From Blastocystis sp. Blastoise (lineage: Eukaryota > Protista > Bigyra: Opalinata): DNA of 64,000 nucleotides. The notes beneath the pieces were generated by a model. It was given only the letters and a program-made list of their open reading frames with translations. It searched no databases and had not been told where the DNA came from. Position 1 is the first letter of the stretch. Every line of letters begins with the position of its first letter. The DNA is taken from contig JBBPEB010000017.1 in NCBI GenBank assembly GCA_039096225.1, forward strand, positions 682,001 to 746,000. The letters run 5' to 3'. A program made the translations under genes and the position numbers. Of this stretch, positions 1 to 18,684 are shown piece after piece.

Positions 1-5077
<5,077 letters not shown>

Positions 5078-5239
5078 TATTATTGTATTATAAAATAATA
5101 GTCTTAGATTCTTTTTTTTTTACTACTCTTTTTGATAACATGTTTTTTTCTTATTCATATTTATTTCGTTATTCAATAGTTGTGTTTAATAGCTTACTGT
5201 AAACAAAACAAATAATAAAGATTAGCATAATTAAAACAT

Positions 5240-5312
5240 TTCCTTCATCAACAAAGTATAATCACTGGCAATCATTCGTAAATTACCCATAAATCTGTTT
5301 AATCATAAGGAA
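5240..5312 (-). ncRNA. Box C/D snoRNA, SNORD16/snR87-equivalent (predicted 18S Am436 yeast / Am484 human)
   Basis: Minus strand: TTCCT stem, C box ATGATTA, guide TGGGTAATTTACG, D' ATGA, C' GTGATTA, D ATGA, AGGAA stem. The guide is antisense to the conserved 18S sequence CGTAAATTACCCA, and the +5 rule selects the first A. Confidence 0.8.
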
Positions 5313-5366
5313 TACAAACAAAACATTTGTTTATAATATATATAAAACTTAAGCACAAAAAAATGA

Positions 5367-5450
5367 AAATTGCTTCAGAATGGGGTATGCTGTCACCATT
5401 AGGTTGTCTGATGGGTAAACGGCGAAAAGATTATCATCATATACAATTTT
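5367..5450 (-). ncRNA. Box C/D snoRNA, SNORD87-like (predicted LSU Gm in GGGmUAAACGGCG)
   Basis: Minus strand: AAAATTG/CAATTTT terminal stem, C box ATGATGA (5440-5434), guide CGCCGTTTACCC, D' CAGA, C'-like ATGGTGA, second guide CAGCATACCCCATT, D box CTGA (5378-5375). There is a 12-nt match to the conserved LSU sequence GGGTAAACGGCG. Confidence 0.8.
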
Positions 5451-5616
5451 CTTATATAAATAATAAAACAAAATTAACTTCAACTAAGAATTGATTATAT
5501 ATATTCCTGATGATAAGAAATATATGATTCATATCAATTCAAGTATCTCAAGTTATAAAAAAAATTAGATGAGTAGAATAGTTTTCACTTACAAAGCATG
5601 GTTAGGAATTCTATAT

Positions 5617-5741
5617 AAATGTAAGCCCATTAAAAAAAATCCATGATAAAAAGAAGCATATCAAAGACTCAACACAGGATAACCGTTTGTGCATCTTTGT
5701 AAGAAAATGATAATGAATACCAAATTCAGTCGCAAGATGCA
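5617..5741 (-). ncRNA. Candidate intronic H/ACA snoRNA
   Basis: Lies inside an intron (donor GTATGT at 5784, acceptor TATAG at 5611). The 5' hairpin is closed by TGCATCTT/AAGATGCA, a weaker second hairpin follows, and ACA sits 3 nt before the predicted end. The H box is imperfect. Confidence 0.35.
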
Positions 5742-6239
5742 AAATAATATATCCACGTATTTCAAATATAAATAAAGTACATACCTTATTTATACATAAA
5801 CAAATCATCAACAAAATAAAAATAAATTGAAATGTCAAATCAAGAAAAAACGAGATAAAAATGAGATATTTTCTGTTTCGTCATCGAGTCAAAAGTCATA
5901 AAAAAGAAGAAGACAAAACAAAAGAGTCTATTGGATAATTTTGATTAAAAAGAATAGAATTATTTCTTTAAAAAAAAATACATGACAAAGAAAATGAATA
6001 AAAGAAAACAACAACAAAAGTATAGAAATATATATATATATATATCTAATAATAATCAAAAGTATGAATATGAAAATATCACACATAAATTAAAAACACA
6101 AAAATACACATAAAAAATGGAATATAAAAAAAGTTTTTCTAAGAAAATCGCGATCACCTACTCACAAAAAGTAATGCACATTCTGAAATATATGTATATA
6201 AATATATAATTACAAAAGAGGAAAAGATCAAATGAGCAC

Positions 6240-6844
6240 TTAATTTACGCTATCCAGACTAAGTATGGATCCTTCGTTTCTGAATACAGTACGATTCATA
6301 AATAAATCACCGATAATGGTAATGAGTTCTAAATATGCAGAAAATAAAGAATTTTGTAAGAATTCGAAAAAAATGAATATTTATAAATACTTTTATTTAA
6401 TAAAAAAGAAAAGCGTCTTCCCTTTTTTAGAATTCTTCTCAGTTGATTTGTTTGTGTAATAATTAAGAATGAAGCATTTGTCTCCTATTTTAAATTATTA
6501 AAAGAATATATGATTATTAAATAAAAATAATTATATATATATATACTTCTAAAACAATGCCTTTTATACCAATATCATTTGGATCAATAGATTGAGTTAC
6601 TATATATATATATAAGTCACTCTAATTATAATTATAGAGAAAACAAGAATAAAATATTTTTGATACTATGAATTATATATATAGATATAAACCTTTTAAG
6701 AAACATCCATGAAAATCAGCAACATTCAGATTCTCATATCTAGATAGATATATATATATATATATATAGATATTGATATTTAAATATATATATATATATA
6801 TATTGATATTTTAATATATATATTAATAGATATATATATAGTAA

Positions 6845-6892
<48 letters not shown>

Positions 6893-7096
6893 GAGTCTTT
6901 CATAGTATACTTCATATATGTTTTCCAGTTTGAATATAATGGTGTATATAGGTCAAATCTAATGTATATATACATATGATAAAAAGATAAAAAAGATTTA
7001 TATATATATACTTTTGAAGGTCTTTAGGTATATCAAAGAAATGATATTTATGGGATTCTGAAGATCCAATAATTCCTTGTAATAAGCGAGATCTCT

Positions 7097-7153
<57 letters not shown>

Positions 7154-8446
7154 AATATACATATATATGCAAGAATATGTTTATGAAAAAATAAGCATAA
7201 ATAAATATTTAAAATAAAATATATACTGTATTAAGTCTTGCTCTTATCGATTCCTGGTTCATAATTTGTCGTTTCTTATTCTTTTCTTCTATAAATTCAA
7301 TTGTTTTCCTTTTAAACTTGTTATCCAGTGTGTAATCAACCTATATTAATATATATATACATATATATAGAATCATAAAGGAATTATAATACTGTCATTT
7401 TATTAATATAATAAATAGTATAATAGTATAATTAATAGAATAATCATAATAAACAGAATGAAAGTATAATATATAGAATAATCATAATAAATATAAATAA
7501 AATTCATTATTATAAGACTCTATATATCCATATTAATAACTATATATATACAGCCTCTGGTCCTTGAGGTCCATTTGAAACAAGTAAACTAATAAAATCA
7601 TAACTACTCATATTAGGGTTATACTATATAGAATAAGAGAAATATAAACATATATTCAATATATAATACATGGTATTATAACATAAAGAAGTAATTATAC
7701 TTAGAAAATATTGTATTTATAATAATGAAAATATTCATAATAAAATAACTCAAATACTTATATTATATAATAACAAAATTGATTATATAAAGATATCCAT
7801 CAAATAAATCATAATCATTATAATAATTATATATATCAAATCATACAGTTTTTAGAGTAGGCGCAAGATCTTGAGGGATACAACGATATAATTCATCATT
7901 CGAAAGAGATCGAAATTTTTGATTTATAGATAACTTTTTACTTTTATTTGAAGTAATTGAACTCGTAGTAGATAAAGGAGAAAGAGGAGAAATAGAATTT
8001 GATAGAGGAGATACTTGATAAGGTGATGAAGATATTGAAGTAGTTTTCGTCTTGAATGAAGAAGCACGTGTTGACTGCATATTTGGTACATTTGAATCAT
8101 TTTCAGATTCCAATATCGACTGTAAATTAATTTTTACATTCTCATTTGTTTTAAAAGATAATGTATCACTGTTAGAAGTATATTTTAAAGACTGAGATTG
8201 TTCTTTTTTATCAATTAAGTCTGATTTAGTAGTTTTAGAGTTTGCTACAGAGTTTTCTTCTCCTTTCTGCATATTTGTATTTACCGGTGTCATCAAACTA
8301 TTTGAACTATCTTGAGGATGTTCATTTTTATCTTTTTTTGCGCTTTGTTTTTTCTTTTCATTTATTTTTGACGCAAATAATGAATCAAGACGACTAATAG
8401 CTTTTGACTTTTTCGATTTTTTTGTTGTGGTTGGTTTAGAATCCAT
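6240..8446 (-). CDS. POP4: RNase P/MRP subunit POP4/Rpp29 with a long Ser/Lys-rich N-terminal extension; about 9 exons
   Basis: Spliced product contains LYTPLYSNWKTYMK, NVADFHGCFLK, TQSIDPNDIGIKGIVLE-ETNASFLIITQTNQLRRILK and IIGDLFMNR, typical Rpp29/UPF0086 motifs. Stop TAA at 6242-6240. Confidence 0.85.
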
Positions 8447-8845
8447 TTGATATCCAGAATAAGATAATAATGTTCGTTTAGTAATACAAAATGAATGAGA
8501 AAAACGAAATAATAATAATTTTTTAACAAATTTTGAACCTGACGAATATCCGTGAATATGCAAATCAAATACTAAAACATTAAAAGTTCCGTCATAAGAC
8601 ATGAAAAACCAAGGGACATCGTCTTCTTAGGGAAATGGTGAAAAGTGGTCAAACCCTTGATTTCATGATAATTATGAGCTGTACTAGAAAAATGTATGGA
8701 CTTTTTGTATAGTGGTCCACACTATACAGAATTTTTATAATACATGATATACTTATTTACCAAAAAAATCACTGAACAGTGAAGTATTGTGTGGGATAAA
8801 ACAAAAATTGTATATATAATTCCATTTGACTGTGTATAAAAGAAA

Positions 8846-9401
8846 ATGGTTGTAAAGTATGTATTTAATGTCTGCCATTGTTAATAACTCATTGAACTCT
8901 ATATACTATGTAAATTTTAAATCCATAGGACCAAAGTTTGTTCTTTCTCTGAATACAAGATCTACCCTGGCCACGGAAGTCTCTTCATCCGTAGAGATGG
9001 TCAACCCGTCACCTTCTTAAACCACAAGATTACTTGTCTCTATGACAACAAGAAGAAGCCCGCTCGTATTGAATGGACTACTGCTTGGAGACGTAACAAC
9101 AAGAAGATTACCACCATTGAAAAGAATAAGAAACACGGTAAGAAGGCTACCAAGACTATTGCTAGACCTATTCTTGGTATGACTCTTAAGGATATCGCTG
9201 CTAAGAAGGATCAAAAGGAAGCCATCCGTAACTCTGCTAAGGATGCTGCCATTCGGTATGTTATCAATATATATATTATCTTTTTTATAATTTATATGTT
9301 TCTTATTATATGTATTCATATATAACTATTTAAATTATGTTTGATTATATTATAGTGAAATCAAGGAACGTAAGGCTAAGAAGGCTGGTAAGAAGAACTA
9401 A
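8846..9401 (+). CDS. RPL24: 60S ribosomal protein eL24, 3 exons
   Basis: MVVK|TKVCSFSEYKIYPGHGSLFIRRDGQ...KKKPARIEWTTAWRRNNKK; two GTATGT-AG introns; strongly biased codon usage. Confidence 0.97.
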
Positions 9402-9609
9402 ATTAATAAAATAATTTAAACGGGTGATCAGTCAAATGCAAAATGCTTTGTTTTGTTATTTTATATATTTTTATTTAGTATTTATTGAAAAAATGTGATG
9501 ATATGAATTGAATGTTTATTCTTTAAATGAGAAATATGGAATAACAAAAAGCGTATACATAATGATTATTATTTTTTTTTAACAATGACAAATAATATTG
9601 AAAATAGGT

Positions 9610-11541
9610 TTATTGTTGAGGTGGAGGAGGCATTGCAGGCCATCCAGGAATAGGTTGCATAGGAGCCATACCAGGCATGGGTACCATTCCATAAGGAGGT
9701 ATACCTGGTTGAGGCATAAAAGGTTGTTGAGGTGCCCATGGAGGAGGTGCCCAAGTTTGTGTGGGAGCAGGTAAAGGAAGAGTATTCATCCAAGGTTGAG
9801 GAGGAGGAGGAGGAAGAGTAGTAGGAATAGAAGGAGTAAATGTAGGAGATGTAGTAATAGGAGAAGTAATTGGAGATTCTTTTTTACCATCAATTTCATT
9901 TAAAAAGTTTTCAAATGTTGAATTCATTTTTTGAATCATTTCAATACTCTTGGGATCATTCTTATGAGGACAATCACTAGAAATATGTGTTGTTTCACCA
10001 CAATATCGACAACGAACATCAGCTTTAGTGAAACTAGCTATATATATATATTATATTATATAGATATAGTTTTACATATTTTAATAAATTAAATTTATAA
10101 TATAATATAATATAATAGTATATAATATACATATATAATAAAATAGTATATAATATAATAGTATATAATATAATAGTATATAATATAATATATAACCTAT
10201 ATACCTTCTCGTTGAGGGCAATCATACATTCGATGTCCTTGTTGTCCACATATAGTACAATAAGCTTCTTGACGTACAGTACCATTAATAAGAGCTAATT
10301 CACGTAATTGTCTTTGTTTATGTAGATTATGTTCATCTGATACAGGAATCATGAGTTTCGCAATATAATTAGCACAAGCATCAACATCAGCTTCATTTTC
10401 TCCTGTAATTAAGAAATGTCCTTCTTCTTCACATACAACTTGTTCTTCAGCTCTCTTCTTACTCTTCTGAACAATTCCTTTACCACGGGCTTCGATCTTA
10501 CAATGAGTTTCAGTTTCTAATTGTTTCTGAGTATTACCACGAGGCCCAATAACTAAAGAAACAAAATTATAATTAGGATATTCTTTAAAGGGAATAAAGA
10601 CTTTTCGTTGACATTTCTGTTTAGGTACAATCGACTAAATAGTATATAAATATTAAAATAGTTTTATTGACTATTAATAGAAGCATCTATTTAATAAAAG
10701 AAAGAATATAAGATAAAACAAGCGTTATAAGATAAAAAGATGAAGTAAATAAATATATTTATAAACATCCAGAAATGAATTATACATTAAAGAATGTGAG
10801 AAATTATGAATTAAAGAGAATAAAAGATAATACTTATACTAAAATATATAGTTATTTAAATTATATAGATATAGACATGAATAAATGAATATTATTAATA
10901 TTTATAATATATTATTCTATAAATAGTACATAAGAATAACTATTATTACTATCAAAATTATAATTATAGAATAAAGAATAATATAAATAAATTAATAAAT
11001 TAATATATATATATATATAACAGTTAATATACTTTATAGACAGGGTTTAGTTTGACAATAGCATCCATAATATCTGCTCTTTCTTCTTCTAACTTCTTTC
11101 TCATTCGAATAGCTCTTGTATTTGTACGTGTACCAAAAGCATCATATAGGGGAGGAGGAGAAGGAGATTTATCTGGACTATTACTAATACGCTCAGCATC
11201 TTCTTCAACGGTTTGAATCGAATTCGTTATTTCACGCATACGGACACGAAGCACAATAATCTGCAACTCTTCAATATGAACAGTCTTATTAGCAACATTT
11301 GTAGCTAACCCTATATAAATAAAGAAAAAAATAAAAAACAAAGAAATAGTATTATATATATATAATAAATATATTATTTTAAATATTCAGTTCTTTTTTT
11401 AATAAGAATTTTATAATGTAAAAATTATATTATAGTACATATATTATTTTAGATATAATATATAAATATATATATAATAAAATAGAATGATAATAATAAT
11501 AAATAATATTTATAACAAAATAGAATAATAATATATAAAAG

Positions 11542-11588
<47 letters not shown>

Positions 11589-12226
11589 CATAATAATAAT
11601 ATATATAATAATATATATAATAATAATAATAATAATCATAATAATACAAAATATATATATATACCTTGTTCTGGTTTTCGTTCGTCTAATTCCCATCGTG
11701 TTTTAGGTTTAGAAGTAGCTATAGTACTCCAACGTAACTTACGTTTTTCTTTACGAGCTTTTTTCTTTTCCTCTTTCTCACGTTCTTGTATATATATCTT
11801 TTTTACTTCACCCCAATTCTCCCATTCTTTTAAATCTTGCCAGAAAGCAGGAAAACGGCCATACCTATATTAAATATACATGTATATGTTTTAAAACCAT
11901 CTTTATTATATATTTTTTATCAAATAAAAATATAAAAAGCATCAATTCTTAAAGAATTCATTAATGTTTTAAAAAAGAAATACATATAAACATATAGAGA
12001 TATAAATTTCAACATCTACATATTATTGGTTATATACATACTTTTCTTTGAAATCAGGTTTCTCATTAAACCATTGTCTCATGGGTTTGTGATTCTCTTG
12101 CATATATACATCTTCTTCCATTGTCTGTTCTTTTTGAACATCTTGCATTACATCATATTTAGCTTCACCTATATGTAAAATGATGATAATCAAATCTGAT
12201 AAAAAAAAAATACTTGGAACTTCCAT
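9610..12226 (-). CDS. SF1: Splicing factor 1 / branchpoint-bridging protein (ULM, SPSP helix-hairpin, KH-QUA2, two CCHC knuckles, Pro-rich tail)
   Basis: [88 protein letters not shown]. About 6 exons. Confidence 0.95.
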
Positions 12227-12559
12227 GATGTTTCTTTTGATATTCAATCTATATACTTTAGTTATTATATATATTTACATATATATATATACTAACTATA
12301 AAGAATCAATAACACAAAAAGTATTCAAGAAACAAAAAAAAAGAAATACACAACTATTTTTAAAAAACCTCTTTAAAACTGTCAATAATACTGAGAATAT
12401 TCTATACTTCTTGTCGCTATTTCTCGGTAATTTGAAGATCACGATTATTTGTTGAAATTATTTCTATTTTCCAATTTTTTCCTTGATTTTATTGTTTTTA
12501 AATTTATTTTACTATAAAGCTTTATTTCTTGTCTATATTATTTAAAGTTATTTAAAAAT

Positions 12560-12834
12560 ATGTCCGAACAAAATAAGAAACCTAGTGAATTCATTAAGAG
12601 TCTCATGGGACACCCTGTCATTGTAAAGATTCAATCTGGTGTCTGTTACAGAGGTATTTTAGCTTGTCTTGATGGATTCTTAAATATTGCTCTTGAACAA
12701 ACAGAAGAATATGTTGATGGTCAGTTAACAAATAGATATGGTGATTGTTTTGTTCGTGGTAATAATGGTATGTATTTATATATTTAATGTCTCTATTTAG
12801 TATAGTATTATATATTTCTCCTGCTACCAACTAA
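12560..12834 (+). CDS. LSM6: U6 snRNA-associated Sm-like protein LSm6, 2 exons
   Basis: PSEFIKSLMGHPVIVKIQSGVCYRGILACLDGFLNIALEQTEEYVDGQLTNRYGDCFVRGNN|VLYISPATN*; short intron at about 12768-12805. Confidence 0.95.
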
Positions 12835-13111
12835 AAGTCTATATTATACAAATAGTCTTAAAAATGTTTATTAAAATTATATACTATTAGTAAAACTAGA
12901 TATTTGTTTTTTTGTTTTATTGATAATATAATTTCTGTTATATATAAAAAGAAAATACACTTTTGTATTTATAAAAAAAAGAACAAAACAAAATAAATAA
13001 TATTCATATTATTCTACTGTTAAACACCAAAAAATAAATAAAACAAAACATATACATTTTTAATTTGATAGAAATATATATTTTATATTGCAAAAGCTAT
13101 ATCAAAAAGGA

Positions 13112-15118
13112 TTAATCGACTTCTTCAATATGAGGACCATCATCAGGAGTACTAGAAGCACCAGCATTAGGAGCAGAAGCACCCATATTAGGCATACCTC
13201 CCATACCTCCCATACCTCCCATACCTCCCATACCAGGCATAGGACCAGAAGCACCAGGAGCACCTTGAGCACCACCAGCTAATTTAGAGAAAATAGGCAT
13301 AATTTCTTTTTCAAGAGCTTTTTGTTTTTCTTCATATTCTTCTTTTTCAGCAGCAGGATGATCATCAAGCCAAGCATTAGCATCATCAATAATCTTTTCA
13401 ATCTTCTTCTTATCTTCTTCAGGAATCTTACCTTGAAGAGAAGGTTCATTTAAGCTATTACGTACAGAGAAAATATAATTTTCAACTCCATTCTTAGCTT
13501 CAATACGAGATTTATTAGCTTCATCTTCAGCTTTGAATTTCTCAGCTTCTTGAACCATTCTTTCAATTTCATCAGCAGATAATCTACCCTTATCATTCTT
13601 AATAGTAATCTTATTTTCCTTATTAGTACTCTTTTCAACAGCAGTAACATTAAGAATACCATTAGCATCAATATCGAAAGTAACTTCAATTTGAGGAACA
13701 CCACGAGGCATAGGTGGAATACCATCTAAATGGAATTTACCAAGTAAATTATTATCTTTAGTCATAGATCGTTCACCTTCAAATACTTGAATTAAAACAC
13801 CAGGTTGATTATCAGCATAAGTAGAGAATATCTGACTCTTTTTAGTAGGAATAGTAGTATTACGAGGAATAAGAGGAGTCATAACACCACCAGCAGTTTC
13901 AATACCAAGAGAAAGAGGAGCAACATCAAGAAGTAATAATTCATCAAGTTTTGAACCAGCACCAGAACCAGAAAGAATAGCAGCTTGAACAGTAGCACCA
14001 TAAGCAACAGCTTCATCAGGATTAATTGATTGACAAAGTTCTTTACCATTAAAGAATTCCTTTAACATTTGTTGTACTTTAGGAATACGAGAAGAACCAC
14101 CAACTAAAACAACTTCATCAACTTCACTCTTTGATAACTTTGAATCACGAAGAACTTTCTCTACAGGACCCATAGTCTTACGGAAATAATCCATATTTAA
14201 TTCTTCAAAACGAGCACGAGTAATTTGAGAATTAAAATCAATACCTTCAAAAAGAGAATCTATTTCTATATAAGCTTGAGTACTAGAAGAAAGAGTTCTC
14301 TTAGCACGTTCACAACTAGTTCTTAAACGACGAAGAGCACGTTGATTAGATGAAATATCTTTATTATTCTTTCTTTGGAATTCACGTACAAAATATTCAA
14401 CTAATCTATTATCAAAATCTTCACCACCTAAGTGAGTATCACCAGCAGTAGCTTTAACTTCAAAAATACCATCTTCAATAGATAATAAGGATACATCAAA
14501 GGTACCACCACCAAGATCGAAAATAAGAATATTCTTTTCACCTTCTTTCTTATCTAAACCATAAGCAATAGCAGCAGCAGTAGGTTCATTAATAATACGC
14601 ATAACATTAAGACCAGCAATAGCTCCAGCATCCTTAGTAGCTTGTCTTTGAGAATCATTGAAATAAGCAGGAACAGTAACGACAGCATTCTTTACTTCCT
14701 TACCAATATAAGCTTCAGCAATTTGTTTCATCTTTGTTAAAACCATAGAAGAAATTTCTTCAGCAGAAAAAGTCTTCTTTTCACCTTTATAAGTAACTTC
14801 AATAGTAGGCTTACCATCAGCACCAGAATAAAGCTTAAAAGGCCAATGTTTCATATCAGATTGAACTGAAGGATCATCAAATTTACGACCAATAAGACGC
14901 TTAGCATCAAAAACTGTATTTTCAGGATTCATAGCAACTTGATTCTTAGCAGCATCACCAATTAAACGCTCTGTATCAGTAAAAGCTACATAAGAAGGAG
15001 TAGTTCTTTGACCTTGATCGTTAGCAATAATTTCTACACGTTCGTTTTGCCAAACACCAACGCAAGAATAAGTAGTACCTAAATCGATACCTACAGATTC
15101 ACCAGTAACCTTGCTCAT
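13112..15118 (-). CDS. HSP70: Cytosolic heat shock protein 70, intronless
   Basis: [40 protein letters not shown] repeats and C-terminal EEVD. Confidence 0.99.
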   Translation of the reverse strand: MSKVTGESVGIDLGTTYSCVGVWQNERVEIIANDQGQRTTPSYVAFTDTERLIGDAAKNQVAMNPENTVFDAKRLIGRKFDDPSVQSDMKHWPFKLYSGADGKPTIEVTYKGEKKTFSAEEISSMVLTKMKQIAEAYIGKEVKNAVVTVPAYFNDSQRQATKDAGAIAGLNVMRIINEPTAAAIAYGLDKKEGEKNILIFDLGGGTFDVSLLSIEDGIFEVKATAGDTHLGGEDFDNRLVEYFVREFQRKNNKDISSNQRALRRLRTSCERAKRTLSSSTQAYIEIDSLFEGIDFNSQITRARFEELNMDYFRKTMGPVEKVLRDSKLSKSEVDEVVLVGGSSRIPKVQQMLKEFFNGKELCQSINPDEAVAYGATVQAAILSGSGAGSKLDELLLLDVAPLSLGIETAGGVMTPLIPRNTTIPTKKSQIFSTYADNQPGVLIQVFEGERSMTKDNNLLGKFHLDGIPPMPRGVPQIEVTFDIDANGILNVTAVEKSTNKENKITIKNDKGRLSADEIERMVQEAEKFKAEDEANKSRIEAKNGVENYIFSVRNSLNEPSLQGKIPEEDKKKIEKIIDDANAWLDDHPAAEKEEYEEKQKALEKEIMPIFSKLAGGAQGAPGASGPMPGMGGMGGMGGMGGMPNMGASAPNAGASSTPDDGPHIEEVD

Positions 15119-15195
15119 TATATTTTTAACTTTTTATATTAAATTAAATAAAATATGATTTATTTCATGCTTCAATTTTTAGCCTTTGAAGATTA

Positions 15196-15321
15196 TTCGA
15201 GAAGTTTCTGTTCTCTTTTTCTAATACAAATCCTTCCTTCTTGATTATTCTTCATTTTTCGAAGAAGACTTTGGAATTTCTTAGATTATTATTTTTTAGA
15301 AATTTAGATTCGAGAACATTC
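15196..15321. promoter_or_regulatory. Two heat-shock elements upstream of HSP70
   Basis: Perfect three-unit nGAAn inverted arrays: TTCgaGAAgtTTC (15196-15208) and TTCgaGAAcaTTC (15309-15321), about 80 and 190 bp upstream of the ATG. Confidence 0.8.
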
Positions 15322-16792
15322 TGAATCCAATTTCAAGTTATTATTTACTAATCAACTTCCAAAAGAGACTTCCATTTTTTTAAAACGTTGTCATCCTTTT
15401 TTATGGAGTCATTACATTCTTGGATTATGTTTTGTATTAAAAGTTTTTTCTACTTTTCTTTAATTAAATAGCTTAAATTTAATGTTTATTTTTTATGACG
15501 ATACTTTATCAAACATAGAAGAATACATGGGTTAGTTTTATGTAAACAAAATTTTGGAACATCATCGACAAAAAGAATTGTTCTATATTGTTTCCTGTTT
15601 TATATAGGGTGTATTTTATTGATTTGACGTTAAAAACTGTCAACTTATATTTTGACTTTATGGGAGACATTAATTGACTTCTATTATAATATATCTCAAT
15701 TCAGTACATATTTTACATTATTTTAAATTGATTTTTCAATAAATAAAACTAGAAATATGTATATCGGTGATAATTGTAACGACAACATATCACTAAAATA
15801 AAATAAAACTTGTGATATATATTGTTTATTCCTTTTTAAAGCTTATGAATATAATATAATTATAATATTCTTGACTAATGAACAAAATGAATCCAGAAAA
15901 CCCTCTCAAATCACAGTATATAATATCTGTATGAATACGAATAGATAATCTAAAAGGTATTAGATATTAATAATTATATAAATAATAAAAAAAAACGAAA
16001 TATATTATTTATTTCAGTTTTTAGCAAAAAAAATATAATAAAACACATGAAGCAATTTGGATATTTCTAGACTTTAAGTTGATGGTTAAAATTAAATAAT
16101 AATAAAATATATGTTGAGTGTATAATAAAGTCAGTATTCATCTGTTGAAATATATATATAATAATTCAACAATACTTTGTTCTCATTACATATCTTTTTT
16201 CTATATTACCTAATAAAATATTTCTTATAATAGAGAGATGTTTGGAGAATAAATAAATGATACTATATATTCATTTATATATGTTGGTCTTGTAATTAGA
16301 AAATGGATTATTCTATTTTTGAATACTTAAATACTTTTTGGTTATATAAAATGCTATATAAAATATATTCAACATAAAATATAATATATATTTTTCTATG
16401 GAATGTGATATTGAACGTTCTTACAAGTAGATAAGAACAATTAATTAAATATCTATCGAATCACTTATTAAATAAATAAAAAAATAGGCTTCGAAATATA
16501 AATAAGTTGGCAATCTTTCTCATATTCCATGTATTCATTATTGTTGAATTGTTTTATGATACGACCTCATACAGTATATATATGTTATTCGATACATTGA
16601 AACTTTGAATCAATTATTGAGTTATACTATCATGTATATTAAAAAAACGAAAAAGTATAAAAACCAAGAAAAAATGAGGGTAATGTCTCGGTAAGAGAAA
16701 TAAGGAATGGTGAATTGATTTGAGTGGTTATTGAATCGTGAGAAAGCATTTCTTTATAAGCATTATATATTGTTAATATAAAGATTTTAAAA

Positions 16793-18684
16793 ATGAGTTC
16801 TGCTAGTGTATCTAGAGGTAACAAGTGGGATCTTGATTCCGATAGCGAAAGTGATTATAGAGGTGATCTTGCAGATCAAGAAGAGCAACCTACTGAATCT
16901 AAGGATGATGAAATTCGTAAAATGATTTTAGCAACTCTTGATACAAGCCTTCCTCTTATTATCAATGCTACTAACATTCCCGATAATTATTCTGAAGAAG
17001 ATGTTATGAAGTTATTCCAAGAATACAATCCTGAAAGTGTAGTTATTGCTCCTAATAATGAACATCAAAAAATTATAGATGCTGCTATTACTTTCAAAAC
17101 TGCTGAAGACCTTGCTAGTGCTTATGGTTTAAATCATTATGTATATTGAATATATATGTTGCAATTCATAAATCACTTTTAAAAGTGATAATTAATAACT
17201 AACTAAATATAAATTATTTTGTTCTTATAATAAATAATTATTTATGTATATATAGGATCTTGATGGAAGAAAATTAGAGTTAAATTATTCTGTTAAAGTG
17301 TATATATATTTGTTTTTTAATAGTATTAATACATATTTATATATATAGTGCTAAGGTTGAAAAACCTGTTCATAGAGAAAATAGTATGAAACAATCATAT
17401 AATAATGATAGAGATAACAACAGAGAGGCTAAGAATTATGGCGATAACCACGGAAATCGTGACAATAGATATCGTAATAATAATAATTATGGTAAAGAAA
17501 AAAATTATAATAATTACAGAAATAAAAATTATAATCAAGATAAGAATTATAACAGAGAAAGAAATTATAACAATGATGGAGATTATCGTAAGGAAGGAGA
17601 AAATAGAGACAATAATAATGGAGAAGGTAGATATAATAATGATAATAAGTATAGAAATAGAAATCGTCGTTATACTAAGAGGTATATATAGAGTGCTTAT
17701 TATAGTTGCTATTTATATTATTCTATTTATTCTATTTATTCTATTTATTCTATTGATTATATTGATTATATTTATTTTATTTATTATGTTTATTATGCAT
17801 ATTATATTTATATATAGAGATGATGAACCTCGTCCTGAAGACAAGAAAGTATATATATTTATATATATCTTTTTTACTCTGTTAAATTAATTTTTTCTTT
17901 TTTATTCATTTATATAATCAACAATATGTTATAAATCTATATATATAGTTACATTTAATTCAACGTTCAGCTACTACTCATTCTACTGAACCCCCTCGTA
18001 ACACAGATATCTTTGGTACGGGTGCCCCCAGAGAAGAGCACGTGGATGCTACTGAAGCTCATGCTACTGAAGCTCCTGTGACTACTCCTACTGTATATAT
18101 ATATATAGTTCATTATGAATAGTGTAACTATTTTATTATTATTATTATTATATATATATAGGAAACAGAAGTATCTCCTGCTGAACAAACATCTGAATCT
18201 CGTTATATATACATATTTATATACATATAATTTATTATCTTTTACTATTCTTTATCATTATATATATTGAGTTTATTATTTTTCTCTTTTTTTGCGATTT
18301 ATCTCTATATATATCGATATATATCTATTCTCCCTTAGTCCTTATAGACATGAATTTAACGATCATCGTGGATATAATGACCATTATCATCGTAATAACC
18401 GCGATAATCGTAATCGTAACGGTAATAATAAACCTCGTAATAATGGATTCATTCATGCCAAGGGATCTAAAGCCCCTACTACTGCTCCTGTATATATACT
18501 ATATACTATATTATATACTATAATAATTTTATTAATCTATTACTTAAATTTTATTTTATTTTACCTTTTATTCTATAAATTATATCTATTCTAGACGGAA
18601 ACTACTGTTAGTCGTATTAAGACAAATAATAAATTTAGTGGTCTTTTAATGAGTGATAGTGATGATGGAGAAGACGAAGAATAA
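16793..18684 (+). CDS. eIF4B/eIF4H-like RRM protein with an Asn/Arg/Asp/Tyr-rich disordered region, multi-exon
   Basis: RRM (IINATNIPDNYSEEDVMKLF...AAITFKTAEDLASAYGLN..LDGRKLELNYS), then LHLIQRS...DIFGTGAPREE, an eIF4B-type motif. Ends NKFSGLLMSDSDDGEDEE*. Confidence 0.7.

Noticed and set aside
7841-8602. ORF-track start of POP4 at 8602
   Set aside because: The extra N-terminal ~52 codons look like AT-rich UTR/promoter sequence. The ATG at 8446 starts the coding-like composition.
8935-9319. Antisense ORF 9017-9319, and similar shadow ORFs over HSP70 and the surface protein
   Set aside because: These are opposite-strand or alternate-frame shadows of well-supported genes.
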